Assembly: GCA_002347685.1 (NCBI GenBank)
Contig: DDWS01000046.1
Span: forward strand, 151,772-215,771
Source: Syntrophaceae bacterium UBA2280
GTDB taxonomy: Bacteria; Desulfobacterota; Syntrophia; Syntrophales; Smithellaceae
Reading direction: 5' to 3'
Length of the DNA: 64,000 nucleotides
A program made the translations under genes and the position numbers. Below are positions 53,473 through 63,444 of the stretch, in pieces; position 1 is the first letter of the stretch, and every line of letters starts with the position of its first letter. The notes beneath the pieces are model-generated. The model worked only from the letters and a program-made list of their open reading frames with translations, ran no database searches and was not told the DNA's origin.

Positions 53473-54921
53473 TTATTTGACACCGGCAATTTTTTTTGCC
53501 AGTTTCTTTTTTTGTTCCAGATTGCCCTGACGGGCAATCATAATGCGCTGGGCCTGGGGCGAACCCGCACCGTGCATCGATTCCGTCCGGTAACCGACAG
53601 CCGCCGTGCCGAGTGTGAGATTTTCGACCAGGCGCATGATCCGCGCACGATCCTCACAGGAAATGTCGGCGTTGCCTTTCATGTATTTCTCAATGATCTT
53701 GCCGATTTCCGGATGCTTCATGTCTTTTTCGGAAGGCATCGTCACCATCATGCCGCCCGCGATATCTTCGGCCAGACGGCATATTTCGTAAGGGAAGCGC
53801 GTTACATTCTGCTTGCAGACATTGGCCAGAAGCAAATCGATCAGATAGGTACCCGAAGCCGTTTTGTGGCCCTGCGCGGAACAGGCAAGACCGCAGGAAA
53901 ACAGTGTTTCGTTCAGATGCGTCATCTCAATGAGCTTATCTTTGATGTGGGAAGCCTTGGCCGCGCCGTTGTATTCCGCCGCCAGCGCCGCCGCACCGAT
54001 CAGAACGTCTCCCACGCCGACTTTGCAGCCGCCGTAGCTCTGACGGTGGTAACCGGCAAAGCGCTCGACCAGCATGCCGCTGAACTCCGTCTCCCCGCAC
54101 ATCAGAACATTTTCCCAGGGAATGAACACATTATCAAAAACCATCAGGGCTTCATGGCCGCCGAACTGATGGTTCCCCACATCAATCGTACCGCCTTCGA
54201 GTTTGCGTGTGTCGCAGGACTGGCGTCCGTAAATATAGAAAACACCTTTTTCATCCGCCGGACAGACAAACGAAACGGCATAGTCCGCGTCATCTTTGCC
54301 CATGGCAATCGTCGGCATGACTAAAATCCAATGGGAGTTCACCGCGCCGGTTTGATGAGCTTTCGCTCCCCGCACGACAATTCCTTTATCATTTTTTTCA
54401 ACAACATGGACAAACATATCCGGATCGGCCTGCTGATGAGGGGCCAGGCCACGGTCTCCCTTCACGTCCGTCATCGCACCGTCCACGGTCAGGTCTTCTT
54501 CCTGGACCATCTTCAGAAATTTAATAAAGCGTTCATGGTATTGGGTGCCCAGTTTCTGATCCATCTCATAAGTGGTGCTGTCCACGGCGTTCATGGCGTC
54601 CATACCCACGCAACGCTGAAAGCATGACGCAGTCTGCTGGCCCAAAAGACGCTGCATTTTGACTTTTTTCATCAGATCATCCGTGCTCTGGTGGAGATGC
54701 GTAAAGCGATTAACCTTCGTGCCTGTCAAATGCGACTTGGCCGTCATCAGCTCCTCGTATTCCGGCTTTTGCGCCAAATCATAGGTCATTTTTACAGAAT
54801 TCATGGACGGACGAATAATCGGATGATCCACCCAGTTGTCCACCAACTCACCCATCAGGTAAATTTTAAAATTCATTTTGCGTAAACTGTCTTCATACTG
54901 CTCGGGTGTTTTCATAGCCAT
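53473..54921 (-). CDS. abfD: 4-hydroxybutyryl-CoA dehydratase / vinylacetyl-CoA isomerase family (HpaB-fold)
   Basis: N-terminus MAMKTPEQYEDSLRKMNFKIYLMGELV, and overall length typical of AbfD. Start set at ATG 54921, 7 nt after AGGAGG. Confidence 0.75.
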   Translation of the reverse strand: MAMKTPEQYEDSLRKMNFKIYLMGELVDNWVDHPIIRPSMNSVKMTYDLAQKPEYEELMTAKSHLTGTKVNRFTHLHQSTDDLMKKVKMQRLLGQQTASCFQRCVGMDAMNAVDSTTYEMDQKLGTQYHERFIKFLKMVQEEDLTVDGAMTDVKGDRGLAPHQQADPDMFVHVVEKNDKGIVVRGAKAHQTGAVNSHWILVMPTIAMGKDDADYAVSFVCPADEKGVFYIYGRQSCDTRKLEGGTIDVGNHQFGGHEALMVFDNVFIPWENVLMCGETEFSGMLVERFAGYHRQSYGGCKVGVGDVLIGAAALAAEYNGAAKASHIKDKLIEMTHLNETLFSCGLACSAQGHKTASGTYLIDLLLANVCKQNVTRFPYEICRLAEDIAGGMMVTMPSEKDMKHPEIGKIIEKYMKGNADISCEDRARIMRLVENLTLGTAAVGYRTESMHGAGSPQAQRIMIARQGNLEQKKKLAKKIAGVK

Positions 54922-55086
54922 GTTGATTCCTCCTGACATTGCGACTACAGGATGCCGCATTGTTCTTGATGTATTCACTAGTAATTTGCTTATGATTCTC
55001 CGGCTGTCAACAAATCGCAGCGGGATTTTCCCTTAAGGGATTAAATCCTTTTACATGAAAGCCGAATATTCCCTGCCATTCAATCT

Positions 55087-56268
55087 TTAGAGTGCCTCTA
55101 CGATAAACGCGTGAGCGGGGCCGCCGCTGGCGCACAGCGACGCACAACCGTATCTCGCGCCGCGCCGTTTCATTTCATTGATCATCGTGATGATCAGGCG
55201 GGCGCCGGTGGCACCTACCGGATGACCCATGCTGATTCCGGAACCGACAGCATTGATCTTGTCGAGGGAAATATTTAATTCGCGATTGCAACCGATGACC
55301 TGCGCGGCAAAGGCTTCATTGAATTCCCAGTAATCAATCTCGTTTTGTTTCATCCCGGCGAATTTCAAAGTATTTTTGACCGCCGGCACAACGCCCATCC
55401 CCATAATACGGGGCTCGACGGAGCCGGGAGCGGACGCAACGACTTTGGCAATGGGCTTAACCCCCCATTTTTGTGCGGTTTCGGCGGCCATCATAATCAT
55501 ACAGGAGCCGGCATCATTCAAACCGGAAGCATTGCCGGCGGTGACGGTTCCATCTTTTTTAAAAGCGGGCCTCAGTTTACCCAGTGCTTCCATGTTTGTG
55601 TCAGCCCTTGGGTGCTCGTCTGTATCGAAGGTAGCCATACCCTTTCTGGTTTTGATTTCGACCGGAACGATTTCACTTTTGAACAAGCCTTTTTGGATGG
55701 CGTCGCAGGCTCTTTGATGGCTCATCAACGCCCATTCATCCTGCTCCTGACGTGATATTTTATAGTGATCGGCAATATTATCCGCCGTGATCCCCATGTG
55801 ATAGCCCAGAAGCGCATCGACAAGACCGCCGATCATCAGACTGTCCTGAATTTTTTCTCCATCTGCCAACCGGTAGCCTTTACGCGCACCGAACAGTAAA
55901 TATGGCGCATTGCTCATGCTTTCCACGCCGACGATCGCGCCGACATCAATCTTCCCCAGCATGATTTCCTGTGCAAGCAGCTCGGCGCCGCGCATGGATG
56001 AGGCGCACTGCTGATGAACGGTAAAGGCAAAAGACTCGATGGGCAGCTCGGCGCCCATTGCGATGTGACGTGCGGTGTTTCCCGGGGAACCTGCCTGGTT
56101 ACACTGACCGCAGACGACCTCCTGAATCAGGCTCTTGTCGATGTTCGCTTTTTCAATTGCTCCCTTGAGTGCGGCTACACCGAGCTCAACCGGACTCCAC
56201 CCCGAAAGAGACCCCATGTAATCCCCGATGGCCGTTCTGGCGCCGCTGACAATAACAACTTCTCTCAT
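55087..56268 (-). CDS. Acetyl-CoA C-acetyltransferase (thiolase II)
   Basis: 393 aa. MREVVIVSGARTAIG, active-site Cys context QQCASSM, a GHPVGATGAR motif, and a C-terminal CASLCASGG. Confidence 0.9.
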   Translation of the reverse strand: MREVVIVSGARTAIGDYMGSLSGWSPVELGVAALKGAIEKANIDKSLIQEVVCGQCNQAGSPGNTARHIAMGAELPIESFAFTVHQQCASSMRGAELLAQEIMLGKIDVGAIVGVESMSNAPYLLFGARKGYRLADGEKIQDSLMIGGLVDALLGYHMGITADNIADHYKISRQEQDEWALMSHQRACDAIQKGLFKSEIVPVEIKTRKGMATFDTDEHPRADTNMEALGKLRPAFKKDGTVTAGNASGLNDAGSCMIMMAAETAQKWGVKPIAKVVASAPGSVEPRIMGMGVVPAVKNTLKFAGMKQNEIDYWEFNEAFAAQVIGCNRELNISLDKINAVGSGISMGHPVGATGARLIITMINEMKRRGARYGCASLCASGGPAHAFIVEAL

Positions 56269-56707
56269 AATGGTCTACCTCTCTTTATATTATTATTTTT
56301 AATTATTTTTACTTTTTCGATAGGCTTTCATTCTTTGAATGAAACCATCGTTATAAAGGCCATTGCGGATCTGTCAGGCCAACGATTAAAATTACCATGG
56401 TTTTTTTGCCTACCAATTATTTTGCTTAGAGGCAAGTATTTACTGTCAAAGCGATTCATGCAAACGACATCTGACTTTCGGAGAACAACGGGTCTTGTGT
56501 AACCCCTCCGTTTCCAAATCTTTTCTTCGGTAACATCGGTTTATGAGTCAACGTACCTCTTTCATCTCCTCCTTAGGTAACATTATATTTGAAGCAATTC
56601 GCCTGTTACTTATCAGTTGTTGATATTTACGAAATATGCAATATTGCACATGTTGTCAGTATTAGCAGCGAATATAACGGCGCGCAAAAGGAAAGAAGGC
56701 AACCCAT

Positions 56708-59209
56708 ATGTTCTATATGGATTTAATTTTCAATTTATCCTTTCTGGTCGCCTTAAGCGTTGTCTCCGTTTTTATTGAAAAGCGCTGGTCACGCAATACA
56801 CGGACGGGCGTTTTACTTCAGGGCTTTCTTTTCGGAAGCATGGCCATCATCGGCATGCTCAATCCGCTGGTTCTGGGGCCCGGCTTGATCTTTGACGGTC
56901 GTTCAGTCATACTCAGCCTGTGCGCGCTGTTCTTCGGCCCCCTGGCCATTTCCGTGGCCTGCGTGATGACAATCGCCTGCCGGGTTTTGCTGGGCGGGGC
57001 GGGGATGTTCATGGGCGTTTCCGTGATCCTGGCGTCTTCGCTCATCGGCCTGTGGGCTCATTACCGCTTCAGACCTTCCGTTCAAACACCATCCCTTCTT
57101 CGTCTCTATGCCCTGGGACTGGTAGTCCATCTGACCATGGTTGCCCTCATGTTCACTCTTCCCGGAGACCTGGCCATGGCTACATTCAAACGCCTGGGGC
57201 TGCTGGTTATCCTTTTGTACCCTCTGGCCACAATTCTTATCGGCAAGATCCTGTCGGATCAGGTGGATGCCTGGGGACGCGTGAAGGCACTGCAAGACAG
57301 TGAGGAAAGATACAGAATAGCCTTTCATACTCAGCAGGATGCCATCAATATCAATCGCGTCGACAATGGGAAATACATCCTGGTTAACGAAGGATTCACC
57401 AACATCACCGGCTATACGGAAGCGGAGATTATCGGCAAAACCTCACTGGAAATGAGCATCTGGGCAAACCCGACAGACAGGGACCGGATGCTGGAGATAC
57501 TCAACCGTAACGGAAAGGTGGATAATCTCGAAGCGGTTTTTCGAAAAAAGGACGGAAATCTCATCAACGGACTCCTTTCTGTATCTTTGATCATCCACGA
57601 TAGCGTTGCGCATATTTTCTGTGTCACCAAGGACATCACCGGGCGCAAGCAAAACGAAGAGGCGCTGCGATTGAGCGAGAAAAACCTGAGGGAATCACAG
57701 CGAATTGCCCATTTAGGCAGTTGGCATCTCGATCTGGCAACCAATCAGGTCGTATGGACGGAAGAACTGTACAAAATGTATGGTTTTGATCCGTCCCTTC
57801 CGCCGCCGCCCTACACGGAGCATATGAAGCTGTTTACGCCGGAAAGCTGGGAAATACTGTCTGCTTCTCTGGCCAGAACCAGAGAAACCGGAATCCCTTA
57901 TGAGCTTGAGCTGGAAACCGTGAGGAAAGAGGGAAGCCATGGCTGGATGTGGGTGCGTGGAGAGGCCTTAAAGGATTCCGCAGGCAACACAACCGGCCTT
58001 TGGGGAGCAGCCCAGGATATCACCGAGCGTAAACAGGCTGAAGCGGAACGGGAGAAGCTCCTGACCCAGCTCACCCATGCCCAGAAGATGGAATCCGTGG
58101 GACGTCTGGCAGGTGGCGTGGCGCACGATTTCAACAACATGCTGGGAGTGATCCTCGGGCACACGGAGATGGCTATGGACAAACTCGACCCGTCGCAGCC
58201 TCTTTACAGGGATCTTCAGGAGATCCGGAAAGCCGCCGAGCGGTCCGCCGACCTGACCCGGCAACTGCTGGCTTTTGCCCGCAAGCAGACCATCGCCCCC
58301 AAAGTGCTCGACCTCAACGACACGGTAGAAGGCATGCTCAAGATGCTGAGGCGATTGATCGGCGAGGACATTGATCTGGCCTGGATGCCGGGCAAAAACC
58401 TCTGGCCGGTGAAGATGGATCCGTCCCAGATCGACCAGATCCTGGTCAACCTGTGCGTCAACGCCCGCGACGCTATTAAAGGCGTGGGGAAGATCACCAT
58501 CGAAACGCAGGACATCACTTTCGACGAGGCCTATTGCGCCGTGCATACGGACTTTATCCCCGGGGAATATGTCCTGCTGGCCGTAAGCGACGACGGCTGC
58601 GGCATGGACAAGGAAACGCAGTCACATCTTTTTGAGCCTTTTTTCACCACCAAGGGCATGGGTCAAGGCACCGGCCTGGGACTGGCCACGGTGTACGGCA
58701 TCGTCAGGCAGAACAATGGCTTCATCAACGTGTACAGCGAGCCGGGCCACGGCACGCGGTTTGCGATCTACCTGCCGAGGCATGCGGAATTAAAAGTATC
58801 CCTGACCGAACAGGCCCCGGCCCGGGAAACGAAACACGGCAGTGAAACCATCCTGCTGGTGGAGGACGAACCGACGATCCTGAGAATGACCGCAATGATG
58901 CTCGAAAGGCTCGGCTACAAGGTGCTTTCCGCGGACAGACCGGGCAAGGCAATGAGTCTGGCCAGGGAATACTCCGGCCGGATCGATCTGCTCATGACCG
59001 ACGTGGTCATGCCCGGGATGAACGGCCGCGACCTGGCCGCAAACCTCCTGTCCATCTACCCGGACATCAAGTGTCTGTTCATGTCGGGTTACACGGCCAA
59101 TGTGATCGCTCATCATGGCGTGCTGGAAGAAGGCGTGCAATTCATCCAGAAGCCGTTCTCACTGAAGGATTTATCGGAAAAACTGCGCGAGACGCTCGCC
59201 AGCGATTAG
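56708..59209 (+). CDS. Hybrid sensor histidine kinase (5TM LytS-type sensor, two PAS domains, HisKA, HATPase, receiver)
   Basis: 833 aa. Multi-TM N-terminus, two PAS modules, H-box VAHDFNNML, N/G boxes (NARDAI, DDGCGM, GTGLGL) and a C-terminal receiver (ILLVEDEP...DLLMTDVVMPGMNG). Confidence 0.9.
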   Translation: MFYMDLIFNLSFLVALSVVSVFIEKRWSRNTRTGVLLQGFLFGSMAIIGMLNPLVLGPGLIFDGRSVILSLCALFFGPLAISVACVMTIACRVLLGGAGMFMGVSVILASSLIGLWAHYRFRPSVQTPSLLRLYALGLVVHLTMVALMFTLPGDLAMATFKRLGLLVILLYPLATILIGKILSDQVDAWGRVKALQDSEERYRIAFHTQQDAININRVDNGKYILVNEGFTNITGYTEAEIIGKTSLEMSIWANPTDRDRMLEILNRNGKVDNLEAVFRKKDGNLINGLLSVSLIIHDSVAHIFCVTKDITGRKQNEEALRLSEKNLRESQRIAHLGSWHLDLATNQVVWTEELYKMYGFDPSLPPPPYTEHMKLFTPESWEILSASLARTRETGIPYELELETVRKEGSHGWMWVRGEALKDSAGNTTGLWGAAQDITERKQAEAEREKLLTQLTHAQKMESVGRLAGGVAHDFNNMLGVILGHTEMAMDKLDPSQPLYRDLQEIRKAAERSADLTRQLLAFARKQTIAPKVLDLNDTVEGMLKMLRRLIGEDIDLAWMPGKNLWPVKMDPSQIDQILVNLCVNARDAIKGVGKITIETQDITFDEAYCAVHTDFIPGEYVLLAVSDDGCGMDKETQSHLFEPFFTTKGMGQGTGLGLATVYGIVRQNNGFINVYSEPGHGTRFAIYLPRHAELKVSLTEQAPARETKHGSETILLVEDEPTILRMTAMMLERLGYKVLSADRPGKAMSLAREYSGRIDLLMTDVVMPGMNGRDLAANLLSIYPDIKCLFMSGYTANVIAHHGVLEEGVQFIQKPFSLKDLSEKLRETLASD

Positions 59210-59457
59210 AATATGAGATCAATACAGGGTGGGAAATTCTTTGGACTTCTGACTCAACATTCTGGTCAAAATCATAGAGTGTTTTGTCCCATACATTACA
59301 CACCGAATGACACAACCATTACTTCTTTGGCAATACAATAATATATAAACAACTGCCACGGATGTGATCTTCCCCCAGAATTGCCCCTCAATCCAGCAGT
59401 CTTTCCCGTATGAGCTTTCATACGCGTCAGGAATAATAAACTGCAATGATCTGACAG

Positions 59458-60123
59458 TTATTCCACCCAGTGAACAATTTCATCGAGTTTCGCTCTGTCC
59501 CTCGCGAAATTGTTGATAGGGAATGACGAATCCGGATACCCCAGAGCGATTCCCAGAACAATTTTCCTGTCATCAGGAATGGCAGCGATCCTTCTGATTT
59601 CAGCGGGGTAACGCGCGGCGGCGGCCAGCATGCAGGTGCCAAGCCTTTTGTCGTGAGCAACCAGGCAGATCGTCTGGGCGATGAGGCCTATGTCCAGCAT
59701 CTGGTATTCAACGAGATTGTCACGGGAAATACACGCAAGAATCAGACAAGGCGCATCAAAGAAAGAGACCATCTCCTGATAGTATTTATCTCGACTTGCT
59801 TTGTCTTCCCTTTTTATGCCCTGCGCACTTAAAACGAGTTTGCCCAAATCCGCGTATCTTATTTTCATGGCATCCGGCCACTTCTCCAGCATGGGGACAT
59901 CGGACGAAATTGCTTCAGCGGCCAGTGTTTTACGAAGATTCATTTCTTTAAATTTTGCCAGAGCATCGCCCGTTAACACATAGAAGTCCCAGGGCTGCGT
60001 GTTTCCCCAGGATGGCGACCAGCGAGCTTCTTCCATAATCTCCGTAATAATGTTTTTCGGTACATCCTGCGCTTTGAATTTTCGAACACTTCTTCTTTCC
60101 CTGATTGCAGTAACTAATTCCAT
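59458..60123 (-). CDS. Nitroreductase-family flavoprotein
   Basis: 221 aa. N-terminal AIRERRSVRKF and SPSWGNTQPW motifs. Confidence 0.8.
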   Translation of the reverse strand: MELVTAIRERRSVRKFKAQDVPKNIITEIMEEARWSPSWGNTQPWDFYVLTGDALAKFKEMNLRKTLAAEAISSDVPMLEKWPDAMKIRYADLGKLVLSAQGIKREDKASRDKYYQEMVSFFDAPCLILACISRDNLVEYQMLDIGLIAQTICLVAHDKRLGTCMLAAAARYPAEIRRIAAIPDDRKIVLGIALGYPDSSFPINNFARDRAKLDEIVHWVE

Positions 60124-60215
60124 GGCAACCTCCTTCGCGGATTCAATCCACCTGCTATTGACGTTATATTTGCGAAAATCATTTTATAATATCCGGGTTT
60201 CTTCCATCCGCCATT

Positions 60216-60632
60216 TCAGGCATGAAGGGCTATCCTTTCCCCGTTAATTTCAACCGATGTCTTGGAGTAGGTAAGCTTTTCGATAATTTTTCCATCCTTG
60301 AAATGGAGCAGATCAACCCCTCGCCGCCGTTCAGGCTTTCCCTCAAAACCTTTTTCAAATGATGGATTCTCCAACATCCAGCGGTAGAGTATTTTTTGAT
60401 CCTGCTCGTCTATGAATATATCCTCTCCGGAAAAACGAAATCCGCCGTGGTTTACAAACCATGGCATCCAGGCCTTCCGGAGCGCCTCCTTTCCCTTAAC
60501 TTTGGCGCCTGTCCAGTTTTCAAACAGGATGTCGTCGTCGAAAAGCGCAACAACACCATCCAGATCGTGATTATCCCAGGCCTGGTTCCAATCCTGCAGT
60601 ACTCTGATCAACTCCTGCCGTGATAATTTCAT
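60216..60632 (-). CDS. SnoaL/NTF2-like fold protein
   Basis: 138 aa. The W-x-x-AW-x-x-D-x-D motif (WNQAWDNHDLDGVVALF) is typical of SnoaL-like domains. Confidence 0.6.
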   Translation of the reverse strand: MKLSRQELIRVLQDWNQAWDNHDLDGVVALFDDDILFENWTGAKVKGKEALRKAWMPWFVNHGGFRFSGEDIFIDEQDQKILYRWMLENPSFEKGFEGKPERRRGVDLLHFKDGKIIEKLTYSKTSVEINGERIALHA

Positions 60633-61001
60633 GGTGCTCTCCTTTCATTCACCGATAGCCCTTTGATAAGGAACCCCATTCCGGGGTGAAGGAATTATAG
60701 GCAAGCCAAACTTTTATGTCAATTGTTTGTTAGAAACAATAAAATATTAGAAGCGAGATGTGAAGGGTGTTGTCGATTCCGATTTTCATACGTTTGACAG
60801 CATTTAAGGTGATGAGCACTCTGTGGACATCAGAGACAGGTGACAGGTTTTCTTTAGTGCAATCGATGGGCAAAAGATTTATAATCACAAACAAATCGTA
60901 TAAACGGATTCAAATGCTCAAAGGATGCGCTAAGAAACATGAAGGCAACCTTATCGTTAACGTAAACAAGGTTTTTCTGAAGGACAAGATGAGGATTGAT
61001 C

Positions 61002-62048
61002 ATGAATGATCTCTTGATTGAAAAAGTGAAGGGTAAGGAAAAACCATATGTTGAATCTCTGCGAAAACTTTTAGGCCGATTCCGGTCGCCCTTTGTTTCC
61101 GGCGATAGCGTCGGGATCAAACTTCATTGGGGGGAGCGAGCCAACAAAGGCTATCTTCCGCCTGACTACGCCAAAGAAATCGCCGCCTGGCTGATCGCTG
61201 ATGGAGCAAAACCCTTTCTATTTGATACAACGGTGCTCTATTCCGGCGGTAGACGCACAGCCGAAGATTCTCTGAAAACCGCTGCCAATCACGGGTATAC
61301 AAGTGATTTTCTGAGGTGCCCGATCCTGATTGCTGACGGCATGGATGGGAGAGAAGTCGTTGATATTCCTTCTGGCTACAGGCACTTTAAAACTGTCCAG
61401 GTTGGATCGGTCTTCGATAAGGCAAGCGGTTTCGTTATTTTTTCTCATTTCAAGGGACACATGGTTTCAGGATTTGGCGGATCGATCAAGAATATTTCCA
61501 TGGGTTTTGCATCCCGCGCGCAAAAACAGCGAATGCATGCCGATTATCATCCCGTTCTGGATCCGGGAAAATGCACTTGCTGCGGTATTTGCGTCAACGT
61601 CTGTCCGACAAAGGCGGCAGGGATTTCTGAGCATGATTATCCCGACTATGATCTAAAAAAGTGCATCGGCTGCGCCCAGTGTATTGCCATGTGCCCGGAA
61701 TTAGCTCTCCGGATCTTCTGGAATTCGGATATAACGGTTTTTCAGGAAAAGCTTGTCGAGACAGCGGCTGCTGTCTGGAAAAAGATCCGGGGAAAAACCA
61801 TCGTCATCAACGCCCTGCTTAATATCACCACGGAGTGCGATTGCCTGCCGGGCAAACATCCCATTATCGGCGAGGATTTCGGTTTTATTGGAGGATTTCA
61901 TCCTGTGGTCTTGGATGAGGAATCCCTGGCAATGACGGGAACAGATATCTTTGAGAAAGCTCATCCCGGGGTTCCCTGGCAACGCCAGTTTTCCTACGCC
62001 CGGGAAATCGGATTTACAGACACGGCGAATAAAGAAAAGATTGAGTAG
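61002..62048 (+). CDS. DUF362-family protein with inserted 2x[4Fe-4S] ferredoxin domain
   Basis: VGIKLHWGE...FLFDT... is a DUF362-like N-terminus. Two CxxCxxCxxxCP motifs are present (CTCCGICVNVCP, CIGCAQCIAMCP). ATG 61002 lies 6 nt after GAGGA. Confidence 0.65.
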   Translation: MNDLLIEKVKGKEKPYVESLRKLLGRFRSPFVSGDSVGIKLHWGERANKGYLPPDYAKEIAAWLIADGAKPFLFDTTVLYSGGRRTAEDSLKTAANHGYTSDFLRCPILIADGMDGREVVDIPSGYRHFKTVQVGSVFDKASGFVIFSHFKGHMVSGFGGSIKNISMGFASRAQKQRMHADYHPVLDPGKCTCCGICVNVCPTKAAGISEHDYPDYDLKKCIGCAQCIAMCPELALRIFWNSDITVFQEKLVETAAAVWKKIRGKTIVINALLNITTECDCLPGKHPIIGEDFGFIGGFHPVVLDEESLAMTGTDIFEKAHPGVPWQRQFSYAREIGFTDTANKEKIE

Positions 62049-62232
62049 CAGGTTGGGCAGCGGGACCACTTATCTTCCCAAACACAAATTTTGTTTATAT
62101 CTCGAACCGATCTGGCAAAAATGGACAGGGATATAAGTGGCAATTCTGCCCTACAGTTGCCACTTACAACCCCCTGTACACTGTCTAAAAACTCCAGAAC
62201 ACCCGTTACCAAAACCAATTCTTGTAAAACAA

Positions 62233-63444
62233 CTACCTTTGTTGATGGCCCTGAGGTTGACCTTGCTGCCGGCCTTGGGGTTTCTTCTGTTGCTGACCCT
62301 GAGGCTGTATCTCCTGTTGTTGAACTCGGGGTCTCTGTCGCTGTTGAGACTGAGGTTGCCTTTGTTGTTGCACTTGAGGTTGGCTCGGCGGCTGTTGAAC
62401 CTGAGGCTGTCTTTGCGGCTGATTAACGTCAGGTCGCCTCTGTGGTGGTTGTGCCTGGAGTCTCTGCCGCTGTTGCACCTGAGGTTGCCTCTGCTGTTGC
62501 ACCTGAGGTTGGCTCTGTTGCTGCTGGCCCCATGTTCGTCTCTGTTGCTGATCAACCTGAGGCTGTCTTTGCGGCTGATAAACTTCAGGCCGCCTCTGTG
62601 GTGGTTGCACCTGAGGCTGTCTCTGTTGATATTGCTGTTGCCTTTGTTGCCTGATTTCTTGCCTCTGTTGTTGTGGCCGAGGCTGATAGTTCCGAATGCC
62701 CCAGATCTCTTGCCTTTCCCAATGCCGATCTTTTTGCCATCTTTTCCAGTTCTGTTGCAGTCGCTGGTGAGGAATCCGTTTGTAATCCCATCGGTGCCCA
62801 TACCAATTACGGTCTCTGTAGTATACTCTCCAGCCTGGATCTACATCATAATAGAAAATTGGAATAGCGTTATAATATCCCCAACCATGGTTATAATACA
62901 GGGAACGATACCAATGGCCTCCCCATGGACGCCACCACCAGCCACTCCAGAAGAACAAGTCTACCTCTATACCAGGAACAACGTAAACATCGTTTGTATC
63001 GGGCATCACGATCACATCCGGAGGTGCGTCAAACGGAAGCGGCGGAGGTGGGGTGGCTTCAACAAAATCATTCACTACTAAAAAAGCATAACGGCCGGAT
63101 ACCAAGTAGCCGTAACGTCTATAGTTGTAATAAGCCCTCACCTCGTATTGTCCTGGAGAGGGAGGGTCAAAGATTAATACCCCCTGATACAATCCACCGG
63201 GTAAATATTTCCAGTCCCCGCCGTCAGTATCTGGAGAACCTGCCGGCACTATACATATCCAGTCATTGAAGTTGCCTGGCGCATTCGTAAAATTTACTCT
63301 GATTATCTCACCCTGATTATAGGTGTCCTTGTCAGTCCATACAACTGATGCGCCTTCAACAAAGTTTGGCTTGCAGAAGAAGGTCACTATAATCAAAAGG
63401 ACAACGGAAACGATTGGTCTAATCTTGAGAATCTTTATATGCAT
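62233..63444 (-). CDS. Secreted protein: Ig-like N-domain, W/Y/R/G-rich segment and about 150-aa Q/P/R-rich tandem-repeat tail
   Basis: 403 aa. N-terminal signal/anchor (IVSVVLLIIVTFF). The C-terminal tail is built from QRQPQVQQ-type units. This frame has the only credible start and signal peptide of the three long ORFs over the repeat. Confidence 0.6.
   Translation of the reverse strand: MHIKILKIRPIVSVVLLIIVTFFCKPNFVEGASVVWTDKDTYNQGEIIRVNFTNAPGNFNDWICIVPAGSPDTDGGDWKYLPGGLYQGVLIFDPPSPGQYEVRAYYNYRRYGYLVSGRYAFLVVNDFVEATPPPPLPFDAPPDVIVMPDTNDVYVVPGIEVDLFFWSGWWWRPWGGHWYRSLYYNHGWGYYNAIPIFYYDVDPGWRVYYRDRNWYGHRWDYKRIPHQRLQQNWKRWQKDRHWERQEIWGIRNYQPRPQQQRQEIRQQRQQQYQQRQPQVQPPQRRPEVYQPQRQPQVDQQQRRTWGQQQQSQPQVQQQRQPQVQQRQRLQAQPPQRRPDVNQPQRQPQVQQPPSQPQVQQQRQPQSQQRQRPRVQQQEIQPQGQQQKKPQGRQQGQPQGHQQR
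62240..62700. repeat. Coding tandem repeats: about 24-nt units nested in a 155-bp higher-order duplication
   Basis: 62398-62457 and 62553-62612 are near-identical 60-mers (AACCTGAGGCTGTCTTTGCGGCTGAT[T/A]AAC[G/T]TCAGG[T/C]CGCCTCTGTGGTGGTTG...). TTGCACCTGAGGTTG[C/G]CTCTG units recur throughout. Confidence 0.8.

Noticed and set aside
53512-54324. 270-aa plus-strand ORF inside abfD
   Set aside because: It is antisense to a well-supported gene. The translation is R/H/G-rich and has no motifs.
62240-62700. Tandem repeats as a CRISPR array or non-coding satellite
   Set aside because: There are no unique spacers between constant repeats. The units are in frame (multiples of 3) and encode a coherent Q/P/R-rich peptide continuous with an upstream domain.
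62137-63081. 314-aa plus-strand ORF and 216-aa alternative minus-frame ORF (62151-62801) over the repeat region
   Set aside because: The repeat keeps several frames open. Only the 62233-63444 minus frame has a signal peptide, structured N-terminal domains and a sensible start. The others translate to L/P/R or S/N/R low-complexity strings.
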